A stretch of 64,000 nucleotides of DNA from Rhodanobacter sp. Lineage in GTDB: Bacteria; Pseudomonadota; Gammaproteobacteria; Xanthomonadales; Rhodanobacteraceae. The stretch spans positions 223,562 to 287,561 of the forward strand of contig DATMQY010000005.1 of NCBI GenBank assembly GCA_035566635.1, read 5' to 3'. The notes below the pieces were generated by a model. That model was given only the letters and a program-made list of their open reading frames with translations, did no database searches and was not told where the DNA came from. The position numbers and the translations under genes are program-made. The stretch's first letter is position 1; each line of letters opens with the position of its first letter. Positions 19,475 to 29,683 of the stretch are shown piece after piece.

Positions 19475-20458
19475 TCAGGCGGTCATGTGCAGCCGGTCGT
19501 CACCGTCCGCCGCGGAGTCCGACGGCAGCCGTTCGATCGCATAACCGGCCGAGTCCCACGCATCCAGCCCGCCAAGCAGCGGGCGCACGCGCCGGTAGCC
19601 GATCGCCATCAGCAATTGGGCCGCCTTCGCGGCGGAGACTTCGTTCGGGCAACTGCAGTAGATCACCAGCTCGCGATCCGGCGGAATGCCAAACAACACC
19701 TGATCGACACTGTCCAGATCGGCCAACAAGGCGCCGGGGATGATGCGCGTGTCGAGCAGGCGCGCAGCCTGCGAACGCACGTCGACCACGATGGGAGTCT
19801 GCCCGCCTGCAATGGACTCGTTCAACTCGTCCACCGTGATGCGCGCCATGCGCAAGGCCACCAGCAGGCGGCGGCGCTGCCACCATTTGGCGGCGATATA
19901 CAGCGCAAGCAAGACCAGCAGCAACTCGAACGCCAGCGTACCAGCGCTCGCCAGCGCCGCCAGCACCACGTCGATCTGCGCGGCAAAGGCGTAGCCGAGT
20001 CCCACCGACAAGCCCGCCCACAGCAGCGAGCCGATCCCGTCCAGCAGCAGAAACGTGGGGATGCGCAGACCCATCGCGCCAACCAGCGGCGGCGCCACCG
20101 TGGACAGCCCCGGCACGAACTTGGCGATCAGCAGCACCCGTCCACGCCAGCGCTGGAAGCGCAGCTCGGACTGCTTCACGCAGGAATCGGGCGACAGCGA
20201 GATACGGCAGAGCGTACGCATCACGCCGGAACCGAAGCGCCGGCCGGCCCAGTACCAGGCCAGGTCGCTGAGCAGGCACGCCAGTACCGCGGCCAGCACC
20301 ACGGCAGCCACCCCCAGCTTGCCGTTCGCCGCCAGCGCGCCGGCCACGATCATGGTGGGCACCGCCGGCACCGGCACGCCGGCCTGCTCCACCAGTACAT
20401 TGAAGAACACCAGCAGCAAGCCGTATTGCGCGATCAGCGTGATGATTTCATGGGCCAT
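19475..20458 (-). CDS. DedA-family membrane protein fused to a rhodanese domain
   Basis: EQAGVPVPAVP, LSDLAWYWAGRRFG, AKFVPGLSTVAPP, then VDVRS...HIPGA-like and YCSCPNE. Confidence 0.9.
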   Translation of the reverse strand: MAHEIITLIAQYGLLLVFFNVLVEQAGVPVPAVPTMIVAGALAANGKLGVAAVVLAAVLACLLSDLAWYWAGRRFGSGVMRTLCRISLSPDSCVKQSELRFQRWRGRVLLIAKFVPGLSTVAPPLVGAMGLRIPTFLLLDGIGSLLWAGLSVGLGYAFAAQIDVVLAALASAGTLAFELLLVLLALYIAAKWWQRRRLLVALRMARITVDELNESIAGGQTPIVVDVRSQAARLLDTRIIPGALLADLDSVDQVLFGIPPDRELVIYCSCPNEVSAAKAAQLLMAIGYRRVRPLLGGLDAWDSAGYAIERLPSDSAADGDDRLHMTA

Positions 20459-20628
20459 CGGATCGGTACTCGGTGCGCGTCCGCGTAACTGCAGGCATTG
20501 ATGATTGAGCCGGCGGCCGGCTATTGCAAACCCTTGCGCGTGACCGCCGCCGCGTTTGCGGCGACATGCCGCGGCGCAATTGTCCGCACGGCCCTATAAT
20601 CGCAACGATACGCCGCCTTGAAGCCTCC

Positions 20629-21630
20629 ATGATCCTGATGCCAGCCGACGCCAGCCGCCCTGCCGACTTCGCCCACGTGCGTGACCTCGCCGCTGCCGAC
20701 ATGCAGCGCGTCGATGCATTGATCCGCCAACGGCTGTCCTCTGACGTGGTGCTGATCAACCAGATCGCCGACCACATCATCGCCAGCGGCGGCAAGCGCC
20801 TGCGTCCGATGCTGCACGTGCTGGCCGCCGGCGCCGCCGGCTACCGCGGCGACCACCACACCAAGCTTGCGGCGATCATCGAGTTCATCCACACCTCCAC
20901 GTTGCTGCACGACGACGTGGTCGACGAATCCGACCTGCGCCGCGGCCGCAAGACCGCCAACGCGCTGTGGGGCAACGCTGCCAGTGTGCTGGTCGGCGAC
21001 TTTTTGTATTCACGCTCGTTCCAGCTCATGGTGGAACTGGACGACATGCGCATCATGCGCATCCTCGCCGACACCACCAACACCATCGCCGAGGGCGAGG
21101 TGCTGCAGCTGCTCAACATCGGCAATGCCGACGTCAGCGAGGCAGCGTACCTGGCGGTGATCGAGCGCAAGACCGCGGTACTATTCGCCGCCGCCACCGA
21201 ACTGGGCGGCATCCTCGGCGGACTGCCGGAAGCGCAAGTGACCGCGTTGCGCCGCTACGGCATGGAGCTGGGTTACGCGTTCCAGATCGCCGACGACCTG
21301 CTGGACTACGTCTCCGATGCCGACACACTGGGCAAGAACATCGGCGACGATCTGGCCGAAGGCAAACCGACCTTGCCGCTGATCTACGCGCTGGAGAAGG
21401 CAAACCCGGAGCAGGTGCAGTCGTTGCGCCACGCGATCGAACACGGCGGCCTCGACTCGCTCGACCGCATCATCGCCTCGATCCGCGACTCCGGCGCACT
21501 GGAACGTACCCGCGAACGTGCATTGATCCATGCGCAGGCCGCGCGCGATGCGCTGGCCGTGCTACCCGCCTCGGCTTATCGCGATGCGCTGGCCACGCTT
21601 GCCGACTATTCGGTGCAGCGCACGTTCTGA
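20629..21630 (+). CDS. ispB: Octaprenyl-diphosphate synthase
   Basis: GGKRLRP, LLHDDVVD..DLRRG (FARM), FQIADDLLD (SARM), DDLAEGKPTLP. Confidence 0.93.
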   Translation: MILMPADASRPADFAHVRDLAAADMQRVDALIRQRLSSDVVLINQIADHIIASGGKRLRPMLHVLAAGAAGYRGDHHTKLAAIIEFIHTSTLLHDDVVDESDLRRGRKTANALWGNAASVLVGDFLYSRSFQLMVELDDMRIMRILADTTNTIAEGEVLQLLNIGNADVSEAAYLAVIERKTAVLFAAATELGGILGGLPEAQVTALRRYGMELGYAFQIADDLLDYVSDADTLGKNIGDDLAEGKPTLPLIYALEKANPEQVQSLRHAIEHGGLDSLDRIIASIRDSGALERTRERALIHAQAARDALAVLPASAYRDALATLADYSVQRTF

Positions 21631-21729
21631 CGCTGTAATTCACCGTCTGGTGGAAGCTCAAAAGACTCTTGGTAAATCGCCATCGATCAAGCCTTTTCTG
21701 TCGATCGGAGAAGGAATAGCTAGCCGGTG

Positions 21730-22091
21730 TCAGCCCACACCGTTGCAGAAAATCGCCAACACCTTTTTCTTCTCAACGTCATATTTCAGGTTGACCACCG
21801 AACAGCCTCCGTCCAGAATTTTGGGAGCCTTCTCGGGGCTCACCACCCGAACGCCAGGCTCTTCATCCCCGAACACGAACTCACCGATCAGCAAGTGGTG
21901 CCCGTGCGCGGCTTGGCCCGAGTAGTAGCGTGCGTAAGCAGGCAGTGGCTGCTGCCCTCGGGCAATGTCAAGCGGGCTTCCACGTCGCTGATTTGCTGCG
22001 TGGTAGGCGTCCAATGCATTGAGGCCGTTGTTTCATTTGCTGTGACGTTGAAAGCGAATAGCGCGCACAAACCAATGCAAGCACCGAGCAT
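21730..22091 (-). pseudogene. Frameshifted secreted hypothetical gene
   Basis: One frame gives MLGACIGLCALFAFNVTANE...WTPTTQQISDVEARLTLPEGSS. A second frame continues PLPAYARYYSG...KILDGGCSVVNLKYD. One added base near 21948 joins them. Confidence 0.55.
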
Positions 22092-22297
22092 ATGCGGCGG
22101 GGTCGATGCCCGATTGATTTTGACCAGTGTCAGGCCACGTCTGAGGTCAGCGACGCGTTGACACAGATGCTCAACAGCCACCAGCACGAGGTGCTGCAGC
22201 AGGCGGCGCCATCGTCGGCGCGGGCCACGGACCATACCACCCAAGCGCGGTGGAAGCCTCGGCTGTAAAAACATACCGCCCCATTCTCGGCGATTAT

Positions 22298-22510
22298 TCA
22301 TTCCCACTTTTCAAGTTCATCCTCATGCACCTCCGTTGCGAAACCATCCTCGAACTCAACGGTGTAAACGACGCCGGGCGGGAATTTATCGAAATATGCC
22401 CCTAGGCTTTTTTCAAATACTCCCACCACCCAAGCCTTCTTTGGCGAGGTGAGTTCGGTGCGTGAATTCGCACGAACGCGAACGATGTCGTCGTGAGTAA
22501 ATTTCGGCAC
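22298..22510 (-). CDS. Putative immunity protein (70 aa)
   Basis: GTG start 1 nt after the RHS stop, with AGGAGG RBS inside the toxin 3' end. Small beta-rich protein (YTVEFEDG...EVHEDEL). Confidence 0.7.
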   Translation of the reverse strand: MPKFTHDDIVRVRANSRTELTSPKKAWVVGVFEKSLGAYFDKFPPGVVYTVEFEDGFATEVHEDELEKWE

Positions 22511-22511
22511 T

Positions 22512-23423
22512 TCAACCTCCTGTAGGAGGATTAATAGGTGGATTAATTGGAAGATGTGGGTTCCCGGTGGGGTCGGTCACCCCGGGCCGATGCGCATGAG
22601 GCTCACGCGCCTTCGGATCAGGCTGCGTTTTATGCCCACCTCGATCTAACCTATCGCCAGTAGCCTTACCATCCCTATCACGGACCTGTTGATAATCACC
22701 GCTTGAGGAAGTTGTCACCCTTTGCCCTGCACCGACGGGAATCGCGTTCCCATCCTTGTCGACTACCACCACAGGGGCATCTACAGGACCATCATACGGG
22801 TTCGTGTTTCCGTCAGCAGAAGGAGCTGGCTGAACTGCTGATGGAGGCGCTTCCTCGCTATGGTGCACAGGCGCCGTCTTGGGCGGAGCTATCGCATTCT
22901 GGACGGCTCGTTGAAGTATCACACCCCCCACATAGGCGTAACCGACCGCCTCTTCCAAGACACTGTGCGCAACAATCGTGCAGGAGGTTGAATTGCACGT
23001 AACGCTTCTACCATCCGGGTCAATGTTTATGATGGGATTGTTGTTCCCATACCCATACCTGTTGAAGTTGAACGCATTCCCCGGTGCTGGCGTGACCGGG
23101 TCTACACTAAGGAACCTGCCCGTGACCGGGTCGTAATACCTTGCCTGCATGTAGATCAGACCGGTGTCCGGGTCGTTGACGTGACCGGAATAGCCGGGCC
23201 CGTTCGGAGGGGAGCCAATACTTGGAACAGAGGAACCGTAGGGCGCGTAGTCATATGTGGCAACGATGTTGCCTTGTGCATCGGCTTTTGCCAGCACATT
23301 GCCCTGAGGGTCGGTGTAGTAGTAATGGCGCGTGCCGGCGTGCAGCTGAGTGCTCGAAAAAGCACCCATCAGCAGCATGATCAAGAGTCGGGCCCATTGA
23401 CCCATTCCCTCGTGACAGTTCAT
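22512..23423 (-). CDS. Short RHS-repeat-associated core protein with C-terminal putative toxin domain
   Basis: YYYTDPQG, YDYAPYG, GLIYMQARYYDPVTGRFLSVDP, NRYGYGNNNP, cleavage-type IDPDGR, followed by a variable C-terminus. N-terminal hydrophobic signal-like segment. Confidence 0.88.
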   Translation of the reverse strand: MNCHEGMGQWARLLIMLLMGAFSSTQLHAGTRHYYYTDPQGNVLAKADAQGNIVATYDYAPYGSSVPSIGSPPNGPGYSGHVNDPDTGLIYMQARYYDPVTGRFLSVDPVTPAPGNAFNFNRYGYGNNNPIINIDPDGRSVTCNSTSCTIVAHSVLEEAVGYAYVGGVILQRAVQNAIAPPKTAPVHHSEEAPPSAVQPAPSADGNTNPYDGPVDAPVVVVDKDGNAIPVGAGQRVTTSSSGDYQQVRDRDGKATGDRLDRGGHKTQPDPKAREPHAHRPGVTDPTGNPHLPINPPINPPTGG

Positions 23424-23790
23424 GCCGATCCCTCTCCTGATGTTTGCTGCCTCCCTCAGACTACAAGAAGTCGGCGTGCGCTCAAACTGGCCAGCATCCA
23501 TGCCAGCCACCCTGCGGGCTTTTCCCTCCACCAGGCCGCCGCTTCATAGGGGCCTCGGGTATAGCGCGCTTCAGAAGAGCAAGATCCACCGCAAAGCGAA
23601 CGACAAAGCGACACCACGCTTTGGCTTCTCCGCTTTTTCACCGAGTGCGGGCCACGATGGCCCGCTGTTCTACCCGGGGCCTCTGTGCGGCGGTGAGGCT
23701 GGGTGTCCTTTCCTCTTGGTCATTTCTCGTTTGGACAAGCAAACGAAAAATGACTCAGTCGCCAACGGCGAACGAAAATTCTTCGCTTCA
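23424..23790. repeat. Composite structured intergenic repeat (MITE/REP-like fragments)
   Basis: Imperfect inverted pair: 23536-23562 on the minus strand (TACCCGAGGCCCCTATGAAGCGGCGG) versus 23671-23694 (TACCCGGGGCCTCTGTGCGGCGG). Also hairpins GCGGGCCA-cga-TGGCCCGC and GTCATTT(C)TCGTTTG-gacaag-CAAACGAAAAATGAC. Confidence 0.55.
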
Positions 23791-23813
23791 AACCATCAAC
23801 CGAGAGCAAAGCA

Positions 23814-23835
23814 TCGCGACTGAAACCGCTCCTAC
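23814..23835 (-). repeat. GTAG-family REP element
   Basis: Minus strand GTAGGAGCGGTTTCAGTCGCGA: GTAG head followed by a GC-rich imperfect palindrome. Confidence 0.65.
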
Positions 23836-23954
23836 AAAAACCATGCGGCAACCATCGCAGCCGCACCTGCCCTCTGCGATTAGGTTTCCCAAGGAAACCA
23901 ACCGTTCCACACCTGGCGCTGGCACCGCCGCCGCCAATCGGCCAGACTTCGCCC

Positions 23955-24575
23955 ATGCCCCATTTCCGCTCAACCGGTTGGTTGTTATGGCTCGTGGCGA
24001 TCCTGCTGCCGCTGGCGCCGGCGCATGCCGCCAGCGCGAGCTATAGCTATGACACCGTGCATAGCCAGATCGTCTTCAGCATCAGCCACGACGGTTACTC
24101 GCGTCCGTTCGGACGACTGCACATCGCGAAGGGCTGGTTGCGTTTCGATGCGGACGACTGGAGTACGGCGGCCACCGAGCTGGATATCGATCTGGCCGGG
24201 GTGGACATGGGCGACGCGGACTGGAACAAAGCCGTGTGCAAACCATCCCTGCTCGACTGCACGCGCAACCGCTATGCACACTTCGTCAGCAGCAGCGTCG
24301 AACGCAAGGACGACCATCACGGAGTGTTGCACGGTCAGCTGACCCTGCGCGGAACCAGTCAGCCGCTGAGCCTCCCTTTCACTTTCAACCGTGCCGCCGA
24401 GACCATCTACGGACTGCATGCGGTCGCCGGTTTCTCGGCCAACGCCATGCTGGATCGCGAGACGTTCGGCATTACCACCAACCCCGACTCGATCGGCCAG
24501 CAGGTCAGTATCTGGCTCGAGCTTGAGGCGATTCGCGACGAGCACGCCATTCCAACATCGAAGGAGCAACCATGA
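23955..24575 (+). CDS. YceI-family periplasmic protein
   Basis: Signal peptide, YDTVHSQIVFSISHDGYS, G+LTLRG, GFSA...LDRETFGI. Confidence 0.88.
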   Translation: MPHFRSTGWLLWLVAILLPLAPAHAASASYSYDTVHSQIVFSISHDGYSRPFGRLHIAKGWLRFDADDWSTAATELDIDLAGVDMGDADWNKAVCKPSLLDCTRNRYAHFVSSSVERKDDHHGVLHGQLTLRGTSQPLSLPFTFNRAAETIYGLHAVAGFSANAMLDRETFGITTNPDSIGQQVSIWLELEAIRDEHAIPTSKEQP

Positions 24576-25150
24576 GTCTGCGCAGCAATGATCGTCAATG
24601 GGGTTCGGTCGCCAAGTTCTTCCACTGGGTCATCGCGCTGGCGATTCTCGGCAACGGCATCTTCGGCCTGCTGATGGATCTGGCGCAATCGCCGATGCAG
24701 AAAATCAACTGGCTCGCCCTGCACAAGTCGATCGGCCTGACCGTACTGGCGCTGGTGCTGTTGCGCGTGCTGTGGCGCTGGCGTGATGGGCGCCCGCAGG
24801 AGGAGCCGGCGCCGCACTGGCAGCAATGGGCTGCGCGAGCCGTGCATGGTGTTCTGTATGTGTTGATCGTGGCGTTGCCGCTCAGCGGCTGGTGGTTCAA
24901 CTCCGTCACCGGCAAACCGTTGCAGTGGTTCAAGCTGTTCAACCTGCCGGCACTGGCGGCGAAAAACGACGACCTGCGCCATTTCGCGCATGCAGTCCAC
25001 GAATACCTGTTCTGGTTTCTGCTGCTGGTGCTGGTGGCGCACGTCGGTGCCGCGCTGAAGCACCATGTGTTCGATCGCGACAACGTGCTGCGCCGGATGC
25101 TGCCGTTCGGCCGTCCGCGCAGCGATGCCACCACCCGAGGAGAATCCTGA
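24572..25150 (+). CDS. Cytochrome b561 (YceJ-like)
   Basis: KFFHWVIA, LHKSIGL, AVHGVLY, VHEYL, HVGAALKHH heme-ligand His pattern. Confidence 0.92.
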   Translation: MSLRSNDRQWGSVAKFFHWVIALAILGNGIFGLLMDLAQSPMQKINWLALHKSIGLTVLALVLLRVLWRWRDGRPQEEPAPHWQQWAARAVHGVLYVLIVALPLSGWWFNSVTGKPLQWFKLFNLPALAAKNDDLRHFAHAVHEYLFWFLLLVLVAHVGAALKHHVFDRDNVLRRMLPFGRPRSDATTRGES

Positions 25151-25695
25151 TGAAACGTCTTGCCACGCTGCTTGCACTCGCCTTGCCCTTCGCCGCCACC
25201 GCTGCCGACTACACCGTGCAGCCGGCAGCGAGCACGCTGGGTTTCAGCGATACCTTCCAGGGCGAGGCCTTCAATGGCCACTTCGGCCAGTGGACGGCGG
25301 CGATCAGCTACGACGCGGCCAACCTCGCCGCCTCGAAATTCGACGTCGAGGTGGCACTCGCCAGCGTGAAGACCGGTGATAAGGATCGCGACGGTGCACT
25401 GCCCGGCTCGGATTTCTTCGACATCGCGAAATTCCCGAAAGCACACTTCGTCAGCACTGGCTTCCATCAGAGTGGTGCCCAGGTGATCGCCGACGGCAAC
25501 CTCACCCTGCGCGGCGTGACCAAACCGGTCAGCCTCAATGTGACGTTCAAGCCGCAAGGCAAAGGCGCCACGCTGGACGTGACCGGTACCGTGAAGCGGC
25601 TCGATTTCGGCGTGGGTACCGGTGACTACGCCGATACCTCGGTGATCGGAGCGGACGTGAAAATCACCGCGCACTTGCAGCTCGCGCCGAAGTAA
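25150..25695 (+). CDS. YceI-family periplasmic protein
   Basis: Signal peptide, STLGF, DFFDIAKFPKAHF, GNLTLRGVTKPV, KRLDFGVG. Confidence 0.9.
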   Translation: MKRLATLLALALPFAATAADYTVQPAASTLGFSDTFQGEAFNGHFGQWTAAISYDAANLAASKFDVEVALASVKTGDKDRDGALPGSDFFDIAKFPKAHFVSTGFHQSGAQVIADGNLTLRGVTKPVSLNVTFKPQGKGATLDVTGTVKRLDFGVGTGDYADTSVIGADVKITAHLQLAPK

Positions 25696-25707
25696 GCGGC
25701 CGCCACG

Positions 25708-27078
25708 ATGGCGAGCGACGACCTGTGGCAGCGCCTGCGCGGCTGGATCAAGCCGGTCGCCGGCACACCATCGACGCCCGCGCCGCGCCCTGCTACAGCC
25801 GGTTCGTCCCGCGTCGCCGATAGTCTGCGCAGCCTGCTCGACGACCCGACCATCCCGGCCTCGGTGCGCAGCGAACTGGCCACCGATTTCGGCCGCATCG
25901 AAAGCATGCTGGACAAGCTCGAACGCGGCGAACTGCACGTCGCCGTGTTCGGCCGCGTCTCCACCGGCAAGTCGGCGCTGGGCAATGCGCTGCTGGGCCG
26001 TGAGGCATTCAGTGTCGGCGTACTGCATGGCACCACCACCGACGCCGCGCATGCGATGCTGGATGAGGCGCAGCACGACGGCCTGGTGCTGATCGATACG
26101 CCCGGCATCAACGAACTCGATGGTGAGGCACGCGAGCGGCTTGCGTTCGAAGTGGCCGAGGTCAGCGATCTGGTGATCTTCGTCGGCGACGGCGATCTCA
26201 CCCGCGAGGAACTCGACGCATTGAAAACCCTCGCCGCCACCCAGCGCCCGCTGCTGCTGGCGTTGAACAAGGCCGACCGTTACGGCGCCGATGAACTGAG
26301 CGATCTGCTGGCGCATCTTCGCCTGCGCGTGGCCGGGTTGGTGCGCGCCGAGGATGTGATCGCGGTGGCTGCGCGACCGGCCGCACAGCGCGTGGTCGAG
26401 GTCAATGCGCGTGGACACGAGCAGGCGCACGAGCAAATGCGTCCACCGGATGTCGCCGCCTTGCGCGAGCGGCTGTTGGCGATTGCCGCGCGCGAGGGCA
26501 AGACGCTGTCGGCGATCAACGCCGGTCTGTACGCAGGCCGGCTCACCGATCAGGTCAGCGCGCGCATCGCGCAGACGCGGCAGGCTGTGGCCGCGAAACT
26601 GATCCGCCACTACTGCCTCGCCAAGGGCGTGGCGGTCGCGCTGAATCCGATTCCCGTCGCCGACCTGCTCGCCGCCGCCGGGCTGGACGCGGCGATGGTG
26701 GTGCAGCTGTCGCGCGTCTACGGTCTGCCGCTTACCCGCGCCGAATCCGGCCGGCTGGTGGCGGTGATCTCCGCCCAACTCGCCGCCTTGATGGGCGCGA
26801 TCTGGGGCATGCAGCTGGTCGCCTCGGCACTGAAGGGCATGAGCGCCGGGCTGTCGGTGGTGGTCACCGCTGCCGCACAGGGTGCGCTGGGCTGGTACGC
26901 CACCGTGCTGATCGGCCGCGCCGCCGAACGCTATCTGATCGCCGGCAAGTCCTGGGGCGAGGCCGGCGCCAAGCGCGCCGTCGCCGACATCGTCGCCAGT
27001 CTCGACCGCGACTCGATCCTGCGCGAGGCGCGCGAGGAAATCCTCAAGCGGCTAAGAAACCGCAGCGTCACGCACTGA
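25708..27078 (+). CDS. Era-like GTPase with C-terminal DUF697/YcjF-like membrane domain
   Basis: G1 GRVSTGKS, G3 DTPG, G4 NKAD. C-terminal AVALNPIPVADL hydrophobic hairpin. Confidence 0.82.
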   Translation: MASDDLWQRLRGWIKPVAGTPSTPAPRPATAGSSRVADSLRSLLDDPTIPASVRSELATDFGRIESMLDKLERGELHVAVFGRVSTGKSALGNALLGREAFSVGVLHGTTTDAAHAMLDEAQHDGLVLIDTPGINELDGEARERLAFEVAEVSDLVIFVGDGDLTREELDALKTLAATQRPLLLALNKADRYGADELSDLLAHLRLRVAGLVRAEDVIAVAARPAAQRVVEVNARGHEQAHEQMRPPDVAALRERLLAIAAREGKTLSAINAGLYAGRLTDQVSARIAQTRQAVAAKLIRHYCLAKGVAVALNPIPVADLLAAAGLDAAMVVQLSRVYGLPLTRAESGRLVAVISAQLAALMGAIWGMQLVASALKGMSAGLSVVVTAAAQGALGWYATVLIGRAAERYLIAGKSWGEAGAKRAVADIVASLDRDSILREAREEILKRLRNRSVTH

Positions 27079-27177
27079 TCCGATCACGTCCCGATCACCT
27101 CCACGCGCTGCAACGCATGCAGGGCAACTGCGCCTAGAATCCACACTCCCACCACAACCCGCGGGTCAGAGATCGAC

Positions 27178-27750
27178 ATGTCAGAAGAATTCGAAGTCCG
27201 CGGCGTGCATGAAGACCACATGGACGCCGCGGCCGAGCACGAGCCTCGCGGCATGGCCGGCAGGTTGGCAGTGCTCACCGCCATTCTGGCCACGCTGGGC
27301 GCGATGTTCTCGTACATGGCGGGCGCCACCCAGGCCGAAGCCGGCCTGCTGAAGAACGACGCCGCGATCAAGAAAACCGAAGCGGCCAATCAGTGGAACT
27401 ATTACCAGGCGAAGGGCAACAAGCAGAACCTGAGCGAGCTCGGCATGGAGCTGTCCAGCGATGCACGCAAGCCGTTCTTCGCAGCCGAGGTGAAGCGCTA
27501 CGAGGCCCAAAAAGCCTCGATCAAGCTCGCCGCCGACAAGCTCGAGCAGGCCTCGACCGAATTCGATGAAAAGAGCGAGGTGCAGATGCACCAGCATCAT
27601 CGGTGGGCACAGGCCACCATGTTGCTGCAGATCGGCATTGCCATGGCGGCGATTGCACTGCTCACCCGCAAGCAGTGGCTGGGCAGGCTGGTGCTTGCGA
27701 TGGGCAGCCTCGGCATCGTCGTCGGTGTACTGGCGTATTTCGGCATCTGA
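27178..27750 (+). CDS. DUF4337-like membrane protein
   Basis: AVLTAILATLGA, KKTEAANQWNYYQAK, LQIGIAMAAIALLT. Confidence 0.75.
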   Translation: MSEEFEVRGVHEDHMDAAAEHEPRGMAGRLAVLTAILATLGAMFSYMAGATQAEAGLLKNDAAIKKTEAANQWNYYQAKGNKQNLSELGMELSSDARKPFFAAEVKRYEAQKASIKLAADKLEQASTEFDEKSEVQMHQHHRWAQATMLLQIGIAMAAIALLTRKQWLGRLVLAMGSLGIVVGVLAYFGI

Positions 27751-27810
27751 GTTCGCGCATCCGAATGCGGGCGCGCCACAATCTGCCCTCGGTCAAACGA
27801 GTTTGTGCGT

Positions 27811-28047
27811 TTACGTGGCAACCCGCAGAAACGCGCACACCGCCGCCGCATCGAACGGCCATTCCAGTTCACGCCCGTCGCGTGTATCGCGAAGCACCGG
27901 CACACGGGTGCCGTAGCGCTGTTCCAGTTCGTCGGAATCGTCCACCCACACGCTATCGAACTCCGGCGCATGCGCTTCGGCCAGCACGGCGAGTGCAAGG
28001 TCGCACAGGTGGCAGTCGTCGCGCTGGTACAGGATCAGATCGGACAT
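27811..28047 (-). CDS. Glutaredoxin-like protein (DUF836 type)
   Basis: [16 protein letters not shown] (CxxC), [15 protein letters not shown]. Confidence 0.85.
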   Translation of the reverse strand: MSDLILYQRDDCHLCDLALAVLAEAHAPEFDSVWVDDSDELEQRYGTRVPVLRDTRDGRELEWPFDAAAVCAFLRVAT

Positions 28048-28125
28048 GCGCTTGCGAATGGACTGCCAAAGGCGGGGACGCCGCGTAGAATAACCGGTTC
28101 TCCTCCCTTCCCCGGCAACGCCCCC

Positions 28126-29508
<1,383 letters not shown>

Positions 29509-29683
29509 GTTTCAAAAGCCCCCTCCTCCAAGCCTGCTCGGGCGCAAGGGAGCAAAGCACTGTCCACCCACACTGCCGGCTTCATGACTTCTGCCGGCTG
29601 ACAGGCCGGGCAGCGCTCTGTCATCATCCGGCGCTTGCGCCATCAGTCTGATGGCTCGTCGATCCACTGCACCGGGAATCTGC

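Noticed and set aside
29515-29560. CCCCTCCTCCAAGCCTGCTCGGGCGCAAGGGAGC, resembling a degenerate intergenic repeat
   Set aside because: Too decayed to pair convincingly, and a single instance in the window.
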